NCBI GenBank assembly: GCA_963744145.1
Contig: CAVUSO010000001.1
Location: forward strand, 3,776,001-3,840,000
DNA: 64,000 nucleotides
Reading direction: 5' to 3'
Source: an uncultured cyanobacterium
Lineage (GTDB): Bacteria; Cyanobacteriota; Cyanobacteriia; Cyanobacteriales; CAWUOF01
Under the pieces are notes generated by a model. It had not been told where the DNA came from. It was given only the letters and a program-made list of their open reading frames with translations, and did not search any database. The number at the start of each line of letters is the position of its first letter. Within the stretch, counting starts at the first letter, position 1. This document shows positions 18,784 to 29,935 of the stretch, one piece after another. The position numbers and the translations under genes were made by a program.

Positions 18784-19866
18784 TTGGTTTGGTGGTGGAT
18801 TATATCCTAGATGTTGCCAAGCCGCAGCAGCTGCAACTCGACCTCTAGGAGTGCGCTGCATAAAGCCAATTTGCATCAAATATGGTTCATAGACTTCTTC
18901 AATAGTTTGGGGATCTTCTCCTGTTGCAGCAGCGATCGTCTCTAGTCCTACTGGTCCACCTTGGAAATTTTCGATCATCACGCTTAATAACCGGCGATCT
19001 GTCCAATCCAAACCACAGGGGTCTACTTGATAAAGTTCTAACGCAGTCACCGCGACTTCCGCAGTAATGGGCCAGGTATGCGCGACTTCAGCATAGTCCC
19101 GGACTCGTTTCAGGAGACGATTGGCAATCCTTGGAGTACCACGGGACCGACGTGCGATTTCTTCAGCACCAGCTTGGTCGATCGCTGTATTGAGAATAGT
19201 AGCACTGCGCTGAATAATTTGGGCCAGTTCGGCGACTTCGTAAAAGCGGAGACGATGAATTAGCCCAAAGCGATCGCGCAGAGGAGAAGTCAGAGCGCCG
19301 ACGCGAGTTGTCGCCCCAATCAAAGTAAAACGGGGTAGGGTGAGACTGCGAGTCCGAGCGCTGTTACCCTTACCGATCGTAATATCCAGCCGAAAATCCT
19401 CCATCGCTGGATAGAGAATTTCCTCGGTCATTTTGGAAAGACGATGGATTTCATCAATAAATAAAATATCTCCTGGTTGCAAATTCACCAGTAACCCGAC
19501 AATATCCCTTGGTCGCTCCAGAGCGGGAGCTGTGGTAATCTTACAGCCCACCTGCATTTCCGTGGCCAAAATTAAGGCCATGGTCGTCTTACCCAATCCT
19601 GGTGGACCATAAAGTAAGAGGTGATCGCAAGTTTCGCCCCGGGATTTGGCCGCTTTCATGGCAATGTCCAATAGATGTTTGAGGTCTTGTTGGCCAATAT
19701 AGTCAGATAAGCGTTGAGGTCTAATGGTTTCTTCTGGAACTAAGATCGTCGATTCTGACTCAAGGGCTTGAGGTGTTAATAAAGATGGAGATTCAGGAGG
19801 TGGAGGAGATTGGGGCGATCGCCCATCAGCTCCTGATAAGTTTTTGTTCGAGGAGATAATGGCCAT
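18766..19866 (-). CDS. ruvB: Holliday junction helicase RuvB
   Basis: [30 protein letters not shown]. Confidence 0.97.
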   Translation of the reverse strand: MAIISSNKNLSGADGRSPQSPPPPESPSLLTPQALESESTILVPEETIRPQRLSDYIGQQDLKHLLDIAMKAAKSRGETCDHLLLYGPPGLGKTTMALILATEMQVGCKITTAPALERPRDIVGLLVNLQPGDILFIDEIHRLSKMTEEILYPAMEDFRLDITIGKGNSARTRSLTLPRFTLIGATTRVGALTSPLRDRFGLIHRLRFYEVAELAQIIQRSATILNTAIDQAGAEEIARRSRGTPRIANRLLKRVRDYAEVAHTWPITAEVAVTALELYQVDPCGLDWTDRRLLSVMIENFQGGPVGLETIAAATGEDPQTIEEVYEPYLMQIGFMQRTPRGRVAAAAAWQHLGYNPPPNQLSLLL

Positions 19867-20089
19867 AATTTCCGAGCTAAAAACCAGGAAGCTGTTTAAA
19901 TTTAATTGACAATTAGGGATTTTTTATAGAATCTTTATCTTAACAACCCCTAGGGTTGAGGTTCGCGATTAGGTTCTATCTAGTTGAGATCCGTGCAAGT
20001 AGTTCAATCATCAGTTAGCATGACAGATCAGACGGGGTAAATTTTCCCCTTGGTGTGCAGGTTGTGAACGAGGAAGTGAGACCAGGTAA

Positions 20090-20938
20090 ATGAAAGGAGT
20101 GGTAAATAAAGTTGGCCGAGTTACACAAACTTTGCCATTCAATCCCCAACTTTGGGTAAAGTTAAATTTGCTCAAAAGCTTAGTCCAGCGAGATCTAGAA
20201 GCTCGCTACAAAGGTTCAGTTTTAGGTAATTGGTGGCCATTGTTAACCCAATTGTCCCAATTATTGATTTACACCTATGTTTTTTCGATCGTCATGAAGG
20301 TGAAATTAAACTTGCCTGGACTACCAACCAATGATAATATCACCTTTGGCTTGTGGTTATTTGCTGGGTTACTACCATGGACGGCTTTTCTGGGTGGATT
20401 TATCCCAGCTTCATCGGCAGTGTTAGGTCAACCCAATTTAGTCAAAAAGGTAGTTTTTCCCTTAGCATTGTTACCTTTGGTGCCAGTTATTTCGGCGTTT
20501 ATTGAAAGCACATTAGGATTAATTGTGCTGATCGTTTTAATCGGATTTTCTGCCCATACGATTCATACCACCTTGTGGTTGTTACCTTTAGTGTGGATTC
20601 CCCAGTTTTTATTAACTGCTGGATTAGGTTACTTAAGTGCTGGTTTGACGGTATTTTTGCGAGATATTCCCCAAAGTTTGGGAGTGCTGACGAGTTTCTG
20701 GTTTTATTTGACACCAATAGTTTATCCAGCAAATATTATTCCTGAAGAATGGCGTGATTGGATCTTTTGGTTAAATCCACTAGCTCCGATCGTTGAAGCT
20801 TATCGGGATTTAATTTTAAAAGGACATATGGAACACTGGGCAGAACTGGGAACTGCTACTTTAATCTCTATTTCCATCTTTAGTTTCGGCTTCTGGGCTT
20901 ATAAGCGGTTACGTCCAGCATTTGCTGATGTTCTTTAG
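20090..20938 (+). CDS. wzm: polysaccharide ABC exporter permease (Wzm/RfbA)
   Basis: RYKGSVLG..W, NLVKKVVFP, FYLTPIVYP, LNP. Confidence 0.92.
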   Translation: MKGVVNKVGRVTQTLPFNPQLWVKLNLLKSLVQRDLEARYKGSVLGNWWPLLTQLSQLLIYTYVFSIVMKVKLNLPGLPTNDNITFGLWLFAGLLPWTAFLGGFIPASSAVLGQPNLVKKVVFPLALLPLVPVISAFIESTLGLIVLIVLIGFSAHTIHTTLWLLPLVWIPQFLLTAGLGYLSAGLTVFLRDIPQSLGVLTSFWFYLTPIVYPANIIPEEWRDWIFWLNPLAPIVEAYRDLILKGHMEHWAELGTATLISISIFSFGFWAYKRLRPAFADVL

Positions 20939-20993
20939 TAACTGGTTAAAAGCTCCAATCGCGGTAGGTTAATTTTTTCATAGTAGCAGATCG

Positions 20994-22394
20994 ATGATAG
21001 AAATAGCAATTTCCCTGAACAATGTCTCTAAGTGTTTTAAGCGTTATTTACATCCAGTAGAACGGTTAAAAGAACTTTTACTACCAGGTCGAGCGAAAGT
21101 AGAAGAATTTTGGTCTCTTCGTGATATTAGTTTAGAAGTTCCTCGCGGTCATAGTCTGGGAATTGTAGGACGTAATGGCTCTGGGAAAAGCACTCTTTTG
21201 CAAATTATTGTTGGCACCCTGACACCGACTACGGGTACAGTAACGGTCAAGGGTAGAATTTCGGCTTTACTAGAACTTGGTTGTGGTTTTAATCCGGAAT
21301 TTACTGGTCGTCAAAATGTGTTTTTAAATGGTCAATTAATTGGATTAACTCAACGTGATATAGAAGATAGATTTGATGACATTGCAGCTTTTGCTGATAT
21401 TGGTGATTTTCTTGATCAACCAGTAAAAACCTATTCGAGTGGGATGTTTGTTCGGTTAGCTTTTGCTGTTGCTGTGAGTGTTGATCCGGATATTTTGGTA
21501 GTAGATGAAGCTTTAGCTGTTGGTGATGCTGCTTTTCAAAGGAAATGTTTTGCGCGGATTCAACAAATTCAAGAAAATGGAGGAACAATTTTGTTTGTTT
21601 CCCATGCAGCATCGACGATAGTAGAACTTTGTAATGCAGCAGTTTTATTGGATAAGGGAGAATTGTTACTTTCCCATAATCCTAAGTTTGTGGTTGATAA
21701 ATATCACAAATTACTTTATTCTCCTGCGGATCAAACTCAGTCCGTCAGGGAAACAATTCGCAGTTTAAATAATGCGGTAGTTCATGATGTTAGTCATCAT
21801 CAAAGTCTGAGTTGGTTAGAAAGTTACTCTAATGGTTCATCGAATGGGGATACTTTAACTTTGGAGGAGTTTTATGACCCTAATTTTTTACCAGTACATA
21901 CAACTACTTATGTATCGCGAGGAGCGAAAATTAACAATCCCTACATTACTACAGTAAGTGGGAAAAAAGTTAATCATCTGATTGGACGCAGACATTATAT
22001 TTATACTTACTCAGTGACTTTTTCTAAGACTGCTTATCAAATTCGCTTTGGGATGTTGATTAAAACGATTAGTGGTTTAGAATTGGGAGGTGCTTCTTAT
22101 TCTTTTCCCGATCATACCCTTAAATATGCAGAACCTGGTACAACTGTAATTATCAAATTTCAGTTTAAGTGTATTCTCCATCCAGGAGTATACTTTTTGA
22201 ATGCGGGAGTGTCAGGGATTGTTGATGATCACTTTACCTATCTCGATCGCTGTATTGATGTAGCAATGTTTAGAGTCCAACCGGATAGTAGTTCTTTGAA
22301 GAGTGGAACGGTGGATTTATTGATTGAACCGAGTATGATTGTGAAAGAGGATTACTTCTCTGTTGAACAAAAACAAGAAATTGAATTAATTTGA
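20994..22394 (+). CDS. wzt: polysaccharide ABC exporter ATPase with C-terminal carbohydrate-binding domain
   Basis: GRNGSGKST, YSSGM, VDEALAVGD; about 150-aa beta-rich C-terminal extension with PGVYFL. Confidence 0.92.
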   Translation: MIEIAISLNNVSKCFKRYLHPVERLKELLLPGRAKVEEFWSLRDISLEVPRGHSLGIVGRNGSGKSTLLQIIVGTLTPTTGTVTVKGRISALLELGCGFNPEFTGRQNVFLNGQLIGLTQRDIEDRFDDIAAFADIGDFLDQPVKTYSSGMFVRLAFAVAVSVDPDILVVDEALAVGDAAFQRKCFARIQQIQENGGTILFVSHAASTIVELCNAAVLLDKGELLLSHNPKFVVDKYHKLLYSPADQTQSVRETIRSLNNAVVHDVSHHQSLSWLESYSNGSSNGDTLTLEEFYDPNFLPVHTTTYVSRGAKINNPYITTVSGKKVNHLIGRRHYIYTYSVTFSKTAYQIRFGMLIKTISGLELGGASYSFPDHTLKYAEPGTTVIIKFQFKCILHPGVYFLNAGVSGIVDDHFTYLDRCIDVAMFRVQPDSSSLKSGTVDLLIEPSMIVKEDYFSVEQKQEIELI

Positions 22395-22414
22395 ATTGTG
22401 GTCGAGCTGGAAAC

Positions 22415-23263
22415 ATGGATATTGAACAACAACGTCGTGAGATTATTGAAAAATTTGGTGAATGGACTAACCATAATATTCGTCTTCCTGGAGATGTTTA
22501 TACGATCGATCCAGCAAAAATGACGGGAGCTGAAGTTAAGGTAAAGCGATATTTGCAAATTATTGCTGATATTACGAGTAAACCTTTTTCGAGTTTACGG
22601 GTGTTAGATTTAGCTTGTTTAGAGGGATTGTATGGAATTGAGTTAGCACTCCAAGGTGCTAGGGTGGTAGGAATTGAAGGAAGAGAAGCTAATTTGGAAA
22701 AAGCTCGCTTTGCAAAAAAAGTTATGGGTTTAAACAGGTTGGAGCTGTGTCAGGATGATGTCCGAAATTTGAGTGTTCAGAAATATGGTAAATTTGATGT
22801 GGTGTTATGTTTGGGAATATTTTATCATTTAGATGTGCCAGATGTGTTACAGTTTATGGAGAATATTGCTGATGTTTGTGAATATTTGGCGATCGTTGAT
22901 ACTCACGTTAGTCGATCAGCGGAAGTTTCTTATGTTTATCAAGGTAAAAAATATACGGGTCGATCGCATCGAGAACATAGTGATTCCGCTACCCCACAGG
23001 AAAAAATTGATTCTTTATGGTCTTCTTTGGATAATCCCCAGAGTTTTTGGTTAACTCGTGCTTCTTTATATAATTTAATGTCAAATGTTGGGTTTACTTC
23101 AGTTTATGAATGTTATAATCCCCCAGTGATGAAATATGAAATGATGCGATCGCGAAAGGAAGCAGATCGGGCAACTTTTGTGGGAATCAAAGGACAAAAA
23201 ACCACCATCCTGTCATCTGCTGCAATTAATCAAATTCCGACCGATGAATGGACGGAGTTATAA
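22415..23263 (+). CDS. SAM-dependent methyltransferase
   Basis: VLDLACLEG, GIEGR, FDVVLCLGIFYH. Confidence 0.85.
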   Translation: MDIEQQRREIIEKFGEWTNHNIRLPGDVYTIDPAKMTGAEVKVKRYLQIIADITSKPFSSLRVLDLACLEGLYGIELALQGARVVGIEGREANLEKARFAKKVMGLNRLELCQDDVRNLSVQKYGKFDVVLCLGIFYHLDVPDVLQFMENIADVCEYLAIVDTHVSRSAEVSYVYQGKKYTGRSHREHSDSATPQEKIDSLWSSLDNPQSFWLTRASLYNLMSNVGFTSVYECYNPPVMKYEMMRSRKEADRATFVGIKGQKTTILSSAAINQIPTDEWTEL

Positions 23264-23290
23264 TCTTGTTCGATCTATATAGTTAAACCC

Positions 23291-24310
23291 ATGTCATTGA
23301 CTCTCATTATCACCGGAATGCACCGTTCAGGGACTTCTTTGTTAGCTTCATTTTTACAAAATGCAGGGATAAATTTAGGTCAGAATTTATTAGCTGGAGG
23401 TATTTTTAATCGGAGGGGGTACTTTGAAGATGTAGATTTTCTTGAGTTTCAACGTAGAGCTTTGCAAAATTGCTGTCATCCTGACGAACCCGGATGGAGT
23501 GATTGGGGATGGACAGAAAGTGAATTTTTAGATCGGAGTAAATTATTAACACTACAGTCAGATGCACAAAATTTAATCACTAACCGCGATCGCAATGCTC
23601 CGGTTTGGGGATGGAAAGATCCAAGAACTTCCCTCCTGCTTGATTTTTGGCACAATTTACTTCCTACAGCACAATATTTATTGGTCTACCGTTTTCCCTG
23701 GGACGTATTAGACTCAGTTTTACGAACTAATGATCCAATTTTTGTCACCCATCCTGATTATCCTCTGAAAATCTGGGCTTTTTATAATCGGCACTTATTA
23801 AAATTTTATCACAAACATCCACAGCAATGTATTCTGTTTAACATTAATAGTTTTATTGCCAATCCCCTGACCTTGGTTGAACTGTTAAAAAATAAATTGG
23901 GTCTTCAGGTTAACCCTAATCTGGAACAAAATAATTGGGAGAAAATTTATGATCAGGGGCTGTTTAATCAGTTAGAATGGAATCATCCCCTGATTTTACT
24001 CTTACAACGTCTGGCTCCCCAATATCTCTCCCTATTGACAGAGTTAGATCAAGCTGCGGATTTACCAAGTAAATTCTTATGTCCTGCTGGGACTGGAGAA
24101 GAGCTGGGAGAAAATTTACTATTGACGCTTTATCGTGAAAGTTGCATCTCGAAACTACGCAGTCATCATCTTGAGGAGGAAAAGGAAAAAATTCAGACTG
24201 AACAAAATTTAAAAATTGCCGAATTGCAAACCAAGATTGAAACCATGCAAAAGTCTAAATTTTGGCAACTTCAAGCAAATATATCTAAGTTGTTAGGTGT
24301 GAGAAATTAA
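23291..24310 (+). CDS. sulfotransferase-family protein with C-terminal coiled coil
   Basis: GMHRSGTS (PAPS loop), GYFED, WGWKDPR; ends SKFWQL. Confidence 0.85.
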   Translation: MSLTLIITGMHRSGTSLLASFLQNAGINLGQNLLAGGIFNRRGYFEDVDFLEFQRRALQNCCHPDEPGWSDWGWTESEFLDRSKLLTLQSDAQNLITNRDRNAPVWGWKDPRTSLLLDFWHNLLPTAQYLLVYRFPWDVLDSVLRTNDPIFVTHPDYPLKIWAFYNRHLLKFYHKHPQQCILFNINSFIANPLTLVELLKNKLGLQVNPNLEQNNWEKIYDQGLFNQLEWNHPLILLLQRLAPQYLSLLTELDQAADLPSKFLCPAGTGEELGENLLLTLYRESCISKLRSHHLEEEKEKIQTEQNLKIAELQTKIETMQKSKFWQLQANISKLLGVRN

Positions 24311-24366
24311 GCTGTTGACACCTAACACCAATACCCAATCAATAGGAACAGTAAAACCATCAGAAA

Positions 24367-25890
24367 ATGTCTAGGATCATTGAAACCAAAAAATCAGATA
24401 TAGTTTTATCGGTCGTAATTCCTTGTTTTAATCATGGAGAATTTATTTTAGAAGCGATCGCAAGTGTCGAAAACTGTCTCGATCCAGTTTATGAAATCAT
24501 TATCATTAATGATGGCTCAACCGAACCATTAACTGAGAAAGTTTTGGATTATTTGAAAGCCAAAAATTATGGCATTTTAGACCAAAAAAACCAAGGGTTA
24601 GCACAAGCGAGAAACGCAGGAATTGAAATTGCTAAAGGGAGATATATATTAACCCTAGATTCTGACAATAAAATTCGAGCTGACTATATTACTAAAAGCA
24701 TCGCAATTCTGGATGAAAATCCAGCTATAGGTGTAGTTTATGGGAATGCTGAATTTTTTGGTGATAAAACCGGTATTTCCCAAGTTCCCGATTTTGATCT
24801 CAATCGCATCGCGATCGGTAACTATATTGATGCTTGTGCAGTTTTTCGGAAAGTAGTCTGGAAAGATTGTGGTGGGTACGATTCCAAGATTCCGGAAAAA
24901 TTTGGCTATGAAGATTGGGACTTTTGGCTCTCTACGGTTGAACAAGGGTGGCAATTTTATCATATCGATGAAGTTTTATTTGACTATCGAGTCCGGGCTC
25001 ATTCCATGGTGAGTCGTTGTAATATTCCGGAAAATCGTCGTCGATTAATGCAATATATATGTACCAAACATTTGGGGATATATCATACCAATTTTGCCAA
25101 TGTGATTGCTGAAAAAGATGCCAAGTTTTTAGAAGAAGAACAAAAAGTTCAAGATTTGCAAAACGAATTGGATCAATTACAAGAGCAAGTACAAGAACAT
25201 CCAAAAATCCTAGATAAAGCTCACAATTTATTGCAAGAAAAACAAGAACAATTAGAACAATATCAAGCCCATGCTCGAAATTTGGAAGCACTACTCCATC
25301 CGACCAAGGTGCAGTTAGAAAATACTCAGGCTGAATTAACTAATTGCCATACCCAATTAGCTCATACCCAGCATGAATTAACTCATACCCAAACTCAATT
25401 AACTCATACTCAGAATGAATTAACTAATACTCAGAATGAATTAACTCATACCCAAACTCAATTAACTCATACCCAGCATGAATTAAATCATACCCGGACT
25501 CAATTAACTAATACTCAGAATGAATTAACTTATACCCAGACTCAATTAACTAATACTCAGAATGAATTAACTAATTACCAAACTCATGCTCACAATTTAG
25601 AAATAGCAAGACAGGTACTGCAAACTCAGTTAGAAGAAATCCAAGGTAATTTAGGGCAATGTGAAGATTATAATCAACATCTCCAAACAGAATTAAACTC
25701 TAGTCAACAGCAAAAACAGGAGACAGAAATCCATTTAAAAAACTGCCAACTTCAGGTAGAAATGTACCACAATCAATTAGAGAGCATAGCAGCGACCTTA
25801 AGCGCAATTGAAAGTAGTAAATTTTCTAAATTACGTCGGGGTTGGTTCAAAATAAAAAAGTGTTTAGGTTTAATTAGGAAAGACACGTAG
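24367..25890 (+). CDS. GT2 glycosyltransferase with long coiled-coil tail
   Basis: SVVIPCFN, INDGS, LDSD and EDWD motifs, followed by heptad repeats. Confidence 0.9.
   Translation: MSRIIETKKSDIVLSVVIPCFNHGEFILEAIASVENCLDPVYEIIIINDGSTEPLTEKVLDYLKAKNYGILDQKNQGLAQARNAGIEIAKGRYILTLDSDNKIRADYITKSIAILDENPAIGVVYGNAEFFGDKTGISQVPDFDLNRIAIGNYIDACAVFRKVVWKDCGGYDSKIPEKFGYEDWDFWLSTVEQGWQFYHIDEVLFDYRVRAHSMVSRCNIPENRRRLMQYICTKHLGIYHTNFANVIAEKDAKFLEEEQKVQDLQNELDQLQEQVQEHPKILDKAHNLLQEKQEQLEQYQAHARNLEALLHPTKVQLENTQAELTNCHTQLAHTQHELTHTQTQLTHTQNELTNTQNELTHTQTQLTHTQHELNHTRTQLTNTQNELTYTQTQLTNTQNELTNYQTHAHNLEIARQVLQTQLEEIQGNLGQCEDYNQHLQTELNSSQQQKQETEIHLKNCQLQVEMYHNQLESIAATLSAIESSKFSKLRRGWFKIKKCLGLIRKDT
25312..25584 (+). 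repeat. 13 x 21-bp coding tandem repeat (heptads)
   Basis: (E/Q)LT(H/N)TQ(T/N/H) units, e.g. GAATTAACTCATACCCAAACT. Confidence 0.9.
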
Positions 25891-25930
25891 TTATTGTATA
25901 ATAGAGCAAATTTATGAAGGTAGAAATCTC

Positions 25931-27805
25931 ATGCTAAGATATTTTCGGGCAAGTTACCTATTAACCCGGGCCCAGCAAGTCTATGCTGCTTTCAAAGCAA
26001 GGGGACTTCGCTATGTATTAGCTAAAATTTTTAAAAAGATTTATCTCAAATTAGAAGTTGAACCCGTACCCTTCGTACCCTTAGTAGAAACAACAGCAAT
26101 CACAGCTCATTATTCTATTGATGAAGCTTATCAGATCTGGTTACATCATAATTCTCCGCGATCGGCTGAATTTCGCCAAATGTCAAAAACACTAGCTGTT
26201 TTTACTTATCAGCCATTAATTAGTATAATTATGCCCGTTTATAATCCACCAGAACGTTTTTTACGAGAAGCGATTACATCGGTGCGTAATCAAGTCTATC
26301 CTCACTGGGAACTCTGTATAGCAGATGATTGTTCTACCTTACCTCATGTAGAAACCGTCTTAAAGGAATTTGCCGAACTTGATCCCCGAATTAAGCTAAT
26401 TTTTAGAACTGAAAATGGGCACATTTCTCAAGCATCAAATTCAGCATTAGCGATCGCAACAGGTGAATTTATTGCTTTATTAGACCATGATGATTTATTA
26501 ACTTTAGATGCTTTATATGAAATCGTGCTATTGCTAAATCAACACCGTGAAGCGGATTTTATTTATTCAGACGAAGATAAGATTAATGAGGAAAATACCC
26601 TCAGCTCTCCCTTTTTTAAGCCCGATTGGTGTCCCGATTCTTTTCTGTCGCGGATGTATACTTGTCATTTGGGAGTTTATCGTCGATCGCTAGTGGATGA
26701 AATTGGTGGTTTCCGGGTTGGTTGGGAAGGGAGTCAAGATTATGATTTAGTTTTAAGATTAACAGAAAAGACTGACAAAATTTTCCATATTCCCAAAATA
26801 TTATACCATTGGCGCATACATCCCCAGTCAACTTCAGAAAATTTAGGTAATAAAAATTATACTACTAATGCTGCGGTAAGAGCTCTACAAGAAGCACTGA
26901 TTAGAAGAGGTGAACCGGGAAAAATTGAGATGGTTGATTGTGGATATACAGTCATTCGCTACGAACTGAAAGAATTTAGTCTGGTCACAATTATCATTCC
27001 TACTAGAAACTTAGGTAAAATATTAAATGGTTGTTTAACCTCAATTTTTGAAAAAACTACCTATCCCAATTATGAAATTCTCTTAATTGATAATGGTAGC
27101 GATGAACCAGAAACTTTAGAAATAATTAATAAATGGAGTATTAAAGAACCTGACCGATTTCGATGTGAAAAATTAGATATTCCTTTTAATTTTTCCATCA
27201 TTAATAATTATGCAGTTAGCCAAGCAAAAGGTAAATATGTACTCTTATTAAATAATGACACAGAAGTAATTACACCAGACTGGATGACTGCGATGGTTGA
27301 ACAAGCACAACGACCATCGATTGGTGCTGTAGGTGCTTTGCTTTTATATCCAGATAATACGATTCAACACGCTGGTGTCATCGTCGGATTGGGAGGAGTT
27401 GCAGGACATAGTCACAAATATTTTCCCGCTGAATCCCTTGGTTATTATAATCAACTCCAAACCATCAATAATTATTCAGCAGTGACCGCAGCTTGTTTAA
27501 TGTGTAGAACGGAGGTATTTAGGGAAGTAGGTGGATTTGAAGAAGAATTGCAGGTAGCATTTAATGATGTGGATTTTTGTTTAAAGCTGACTCAAAAAGG
27601 ATATCGAAATGTTTGTCTTCCCCATGTGAAATTATATCATTTTGAATCAAAGAGTCGCGGTTATGAAGACACTCCAGAAAAAGTAGCTCGCTTTGCTAAA
27701 GAAATTGAATATATGAAAGATAAATGGAATACGGTATTCTTTAATGATCCTTGTTATAGTATTAACCTAACTCAAGACTATGAAGATTATCGGATTAAGA
27801 TTTAA
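25931..27805 (+). CDS. two-domain GT2 glycosyltransferase
   Basis: SIIMPVYN, LDHDD and SQDYD; second domain IIIPT, LLNND, FNDVD. Confidence 0.92.
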   Translation: MLRYFRASYLLTRAQQVYAAFKARGLRYVLAKIFKKIYLKLEVEPVPFVPLVETTAITAHYSIDEAYQIWLHHNSPRSAEFRQMSKTLAVFTYQPLISIIMPVYNPPERFLREAITSVRNQVYPHWELCIADDCSTLPHVETVLKEFAELDPRIKLIFRTENGHISQASNSALAIATGEFIALLDHDDLLTLDALYEIVLLLNQHREADFIYSDEDKINEENTLSSPFFKPDWCPDSFLSRMYTCHLGVYRRSLVDEIGGFRVGWEGSQDYDLVLRLTEKTDKIFHIPKILYHWRIHPQSTSENLGNKNYTTNAAVRALQEALIRRGEPGKIEMVDCGYTVIRYELKEFSLVTIIIPTRNLGKILNGCLTSIFEKTTYPNYEILLIDNGSDEPETLEIINKWSIKEPDRFRCEKLDIPFNFSIINNYAVSQAKGKYVLLLNNDTEVITPDWMTAMVEQAQRPSIGAVGALLLYPDNTIQHAGVIVGLGGVAGHSHKYFPAESLGYYNQLQTINNYSAVTAACLMCRTEVFREVGGFEEELQVAFNDVDFCLKLTQKGYRNVCLPHVKLYHFESKSRGYEDTPEKVARFAKEIEYMKDKWNTVFFNDPCYSINLTQDYEDYRIKI

Positions 27806-27847
27806 TCCAGTTAAAGTTAGTTGATCGCAGGGAACATAAGTCAAAAA

Positions 27848-28594
27848 ATGAAATTAGATTTTTTAATCATTGGTGTACAAAAGGGAGGAACTACTTCTCT
27901 TTATCACTACCTCAGTCAACATCCCCAAATTATCCCAGCAAGTCAAAAAGAAGTTCATTTTTTTGACTTAAATTTTAGTAAAGGACTAGAATGGTATCAG
28001 AGTCAATTAAATCAAACCGGAGAGCAGTCAAATTTTCTCTTTGGAGAAGCAAGTCCTTACTATATCTTTCACCCCCTTGTTCCTCAACGAGTATATCAGT
28101 TGTTTCCCCAGGTGAAATTAATTTTGCTATTGCGAAATCCAGTCGCAAGAACCTTGTCTCATTACTATCATGAAGTTAGACTAGGATGGGAAAAATTATC
28201 CCTGACCGACGCGATCGCGCAAGAACCAGAAAGATTAGCTCAAGAAAGAGAGAAAATTCTGACTAATCCAGATTATTATAGTTTTAACCATCAACATTAT
28301 AGCTACTTATCTCGGAGCCGGTACATAGAACAAATTCAACATTGGCGATCGGATTTTCCCCCAGAACAATTTTTGCTGATCAAAAGTGAAGAATTAGATC
28401 AGCAACGGGACTCAATTCTCAGTCAAGTTTGGCAATTTTTAGAAATACCGGAACTAAAAATCACCCAGAGCGATCGCTATAACGTGGGAGAGTACCCACT
28501 CATTCCAGCATCAATCAAACAACAGTTAACAGAATATTTTCAGCCTTATAACCGTCAACTTGCGGAATATTTAGAGCGAGATTTTGGATGGTAA
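27848..28594 (+). CDS. sulfotransferase (heparan 3-O/N-sulfotransferase-like fold)
   Basis: IGVQKGGTTSL, KEVHFFD, GEASPYY, LRNPVARTLS. Confidence 0.9.
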   Translation: MKLDFLIIGVQKGGTTSLYHYLSQHPQIIPASQKEVHFFDLNFSKGLEWYQSQLNQTGEQSNFLFGEASPYYIFHPLVPQRVYQLFPQVKLILLLRNPVARTLSHYYHEVRLGWEKLSLTDAIAQEPERLAQEREKILTNPDYYSFNHQHYSYLSRSRYIEQIQHWRSDFPPEQFLLIKSEELDQQRDSILSQVWQFLEIPELKITQSDRYNVGEYPLIPASIKQQLTEYFQPYNRQLAEYLERDFGW

Positions 28595-28653
28595 TTTTTA
28601 CCATCCAGTTATATACTGCAAACAACAGTTTGAATTTTTCCCATACCCATTCC

Positions 28654-29928
28654 ATGAAAGTCTTATTCCTCCACCCTAACTTTCCAGCACAATTTCGTCA
28701 TGTAGCAGCAATTTTGGGCAGAGATCCAAACAACCAGGTGGTCTTTGGTGTCAAACACGAAAATCCGGAGTGGCAAATACCAGGAGTTCGGAGAGTATTA
28801 TTTAATCCTAACCGTGATCCTCATCAGAACACCCATCACTATGTCCGTAATTTTGAAAGTGCTGTAATCTATGGACAAGCAGTAGTGAGAATGGCAGAAC
28901 AGCTAAAAGCTGAAGGATTTGTCCCGGATTTAATTTACGGACATTCCGGTTGGGGACCGACAATGTTTATGAAAGATAGTTATCCCAACACACCATTACT
29001 ATGTTATTTTGAATGGTTTTATCAAGCGTTCGGGTCTGACGCGGACTTTGATCCCACAGAACCCTTGACCATGGATGACGTGGCCCGGATTCGCATGAAA
29101 AACGCACCTATTTTAATTGACCTATATACCTGCGATTGGGGTTTATCTCCCACCTATTGGCAACAAGCTCAGTTTCCCAAAGAATTTCAAAGCAAAATTT
29201 CTGTTCTCCATGATGGAGTAGATACAGATTTTTTTAAGCCCAAACCAGGAGCAAAATTAGTCTTACCAAATTTGGATTTATCAGGTGTTGATGAAATCGT
29301 TACTTATGTAGCCCGCGGAATGGAACCTTATCGAGGGTTTCCCGAATTTATCGAATCGATCGCTTATTTGCTCGAACGAAGAGCTAATTGTCATGTCGTA
29401 ATTGTGGCTACAGATCGGGTCTGCTATGGCAAATCTTTACCTAATGGTAAAACTTATAAGCAATTAATGTTAGAAAAAGTCCCCTTAGATCCGTCGCGGG
29501 TACATTTTGTGGGTTCTTTACCATACATTCTTTATCTGCAAGTGATCCAAGCGTCATCAGTTCATGTATATTTAACTCGACCTTTTGTTTTGTCTTGGTC
29601 GATGATTGAGTCAATGTCCACTGGATGCTTGGTGATTGGATCAAACACTGAACCTGTCAGCGAAGTTATTAAAGATGGTGAGAATGGATTGCTAGTGGAT
29701 TTCTTTGCTCCTAAACAAATTGCCGATCGGATTGAAGAAGTGCTTGATCATCCCAACCGGATGGCCCAAATCCGCGATCGCGCTCGTCAAACCGTTTTAG
29801 AGCGTTATTCTCACCAGGTAGTTTTACCTAAACATATTCAGTTAATGAATGAAGTTGCCAATCGTTCTTTACCACCCAAGGTAGATCTTAACTTACCACT
29901 AAAACCAGCCCTCAATTTTATTTTCTAA
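28654..29928 (+). CDS. GT4 glycosyltransferase (ExpC-like)
   Basis: HPNFPAQF, GHSGWG, RGMEPYRG, YLTRPFVLSWS. Confidence 0.88.
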   Translation: MKVLFLHPNFPAQFRHVAAILGRDPNNQVVFGVKHENPEWQIPGVRRVLFNPNRDPHQNTHHYVRNFESAVIYGQAVVRMAEQLKAEGFVPDLIYGHSGWGPTMFMKDSYPNTPLLCYFEWFYQAFGSDADFDPTEPLTMDDVARIRMKNAPILIDLYTCDWGLSPTYWQQAQFPKEFQSKISVLHDGVDTDFFKPKPGAKLVLPNLDLSGVDEIVTYVARGMEPYRGFPEFIESIAYLLERRANCHVVIVATDRVCYGKSLPNGKTYKQLMLEKVPLDPSRVHFVGSLPYILYLQVIQASSVHVYLTRPFVLSWSMIESMSTGCLVIGSNTEPVSEVIKDGENGLLVDFFAPKQIADRIEEVLDHPNRMAQIRDRARQTVLERYSHQVVLPKHIQLMNEVANRSLPPKVDLNLPLKPALNFIF

Positions 29929-29935
29929 TCGGCTT

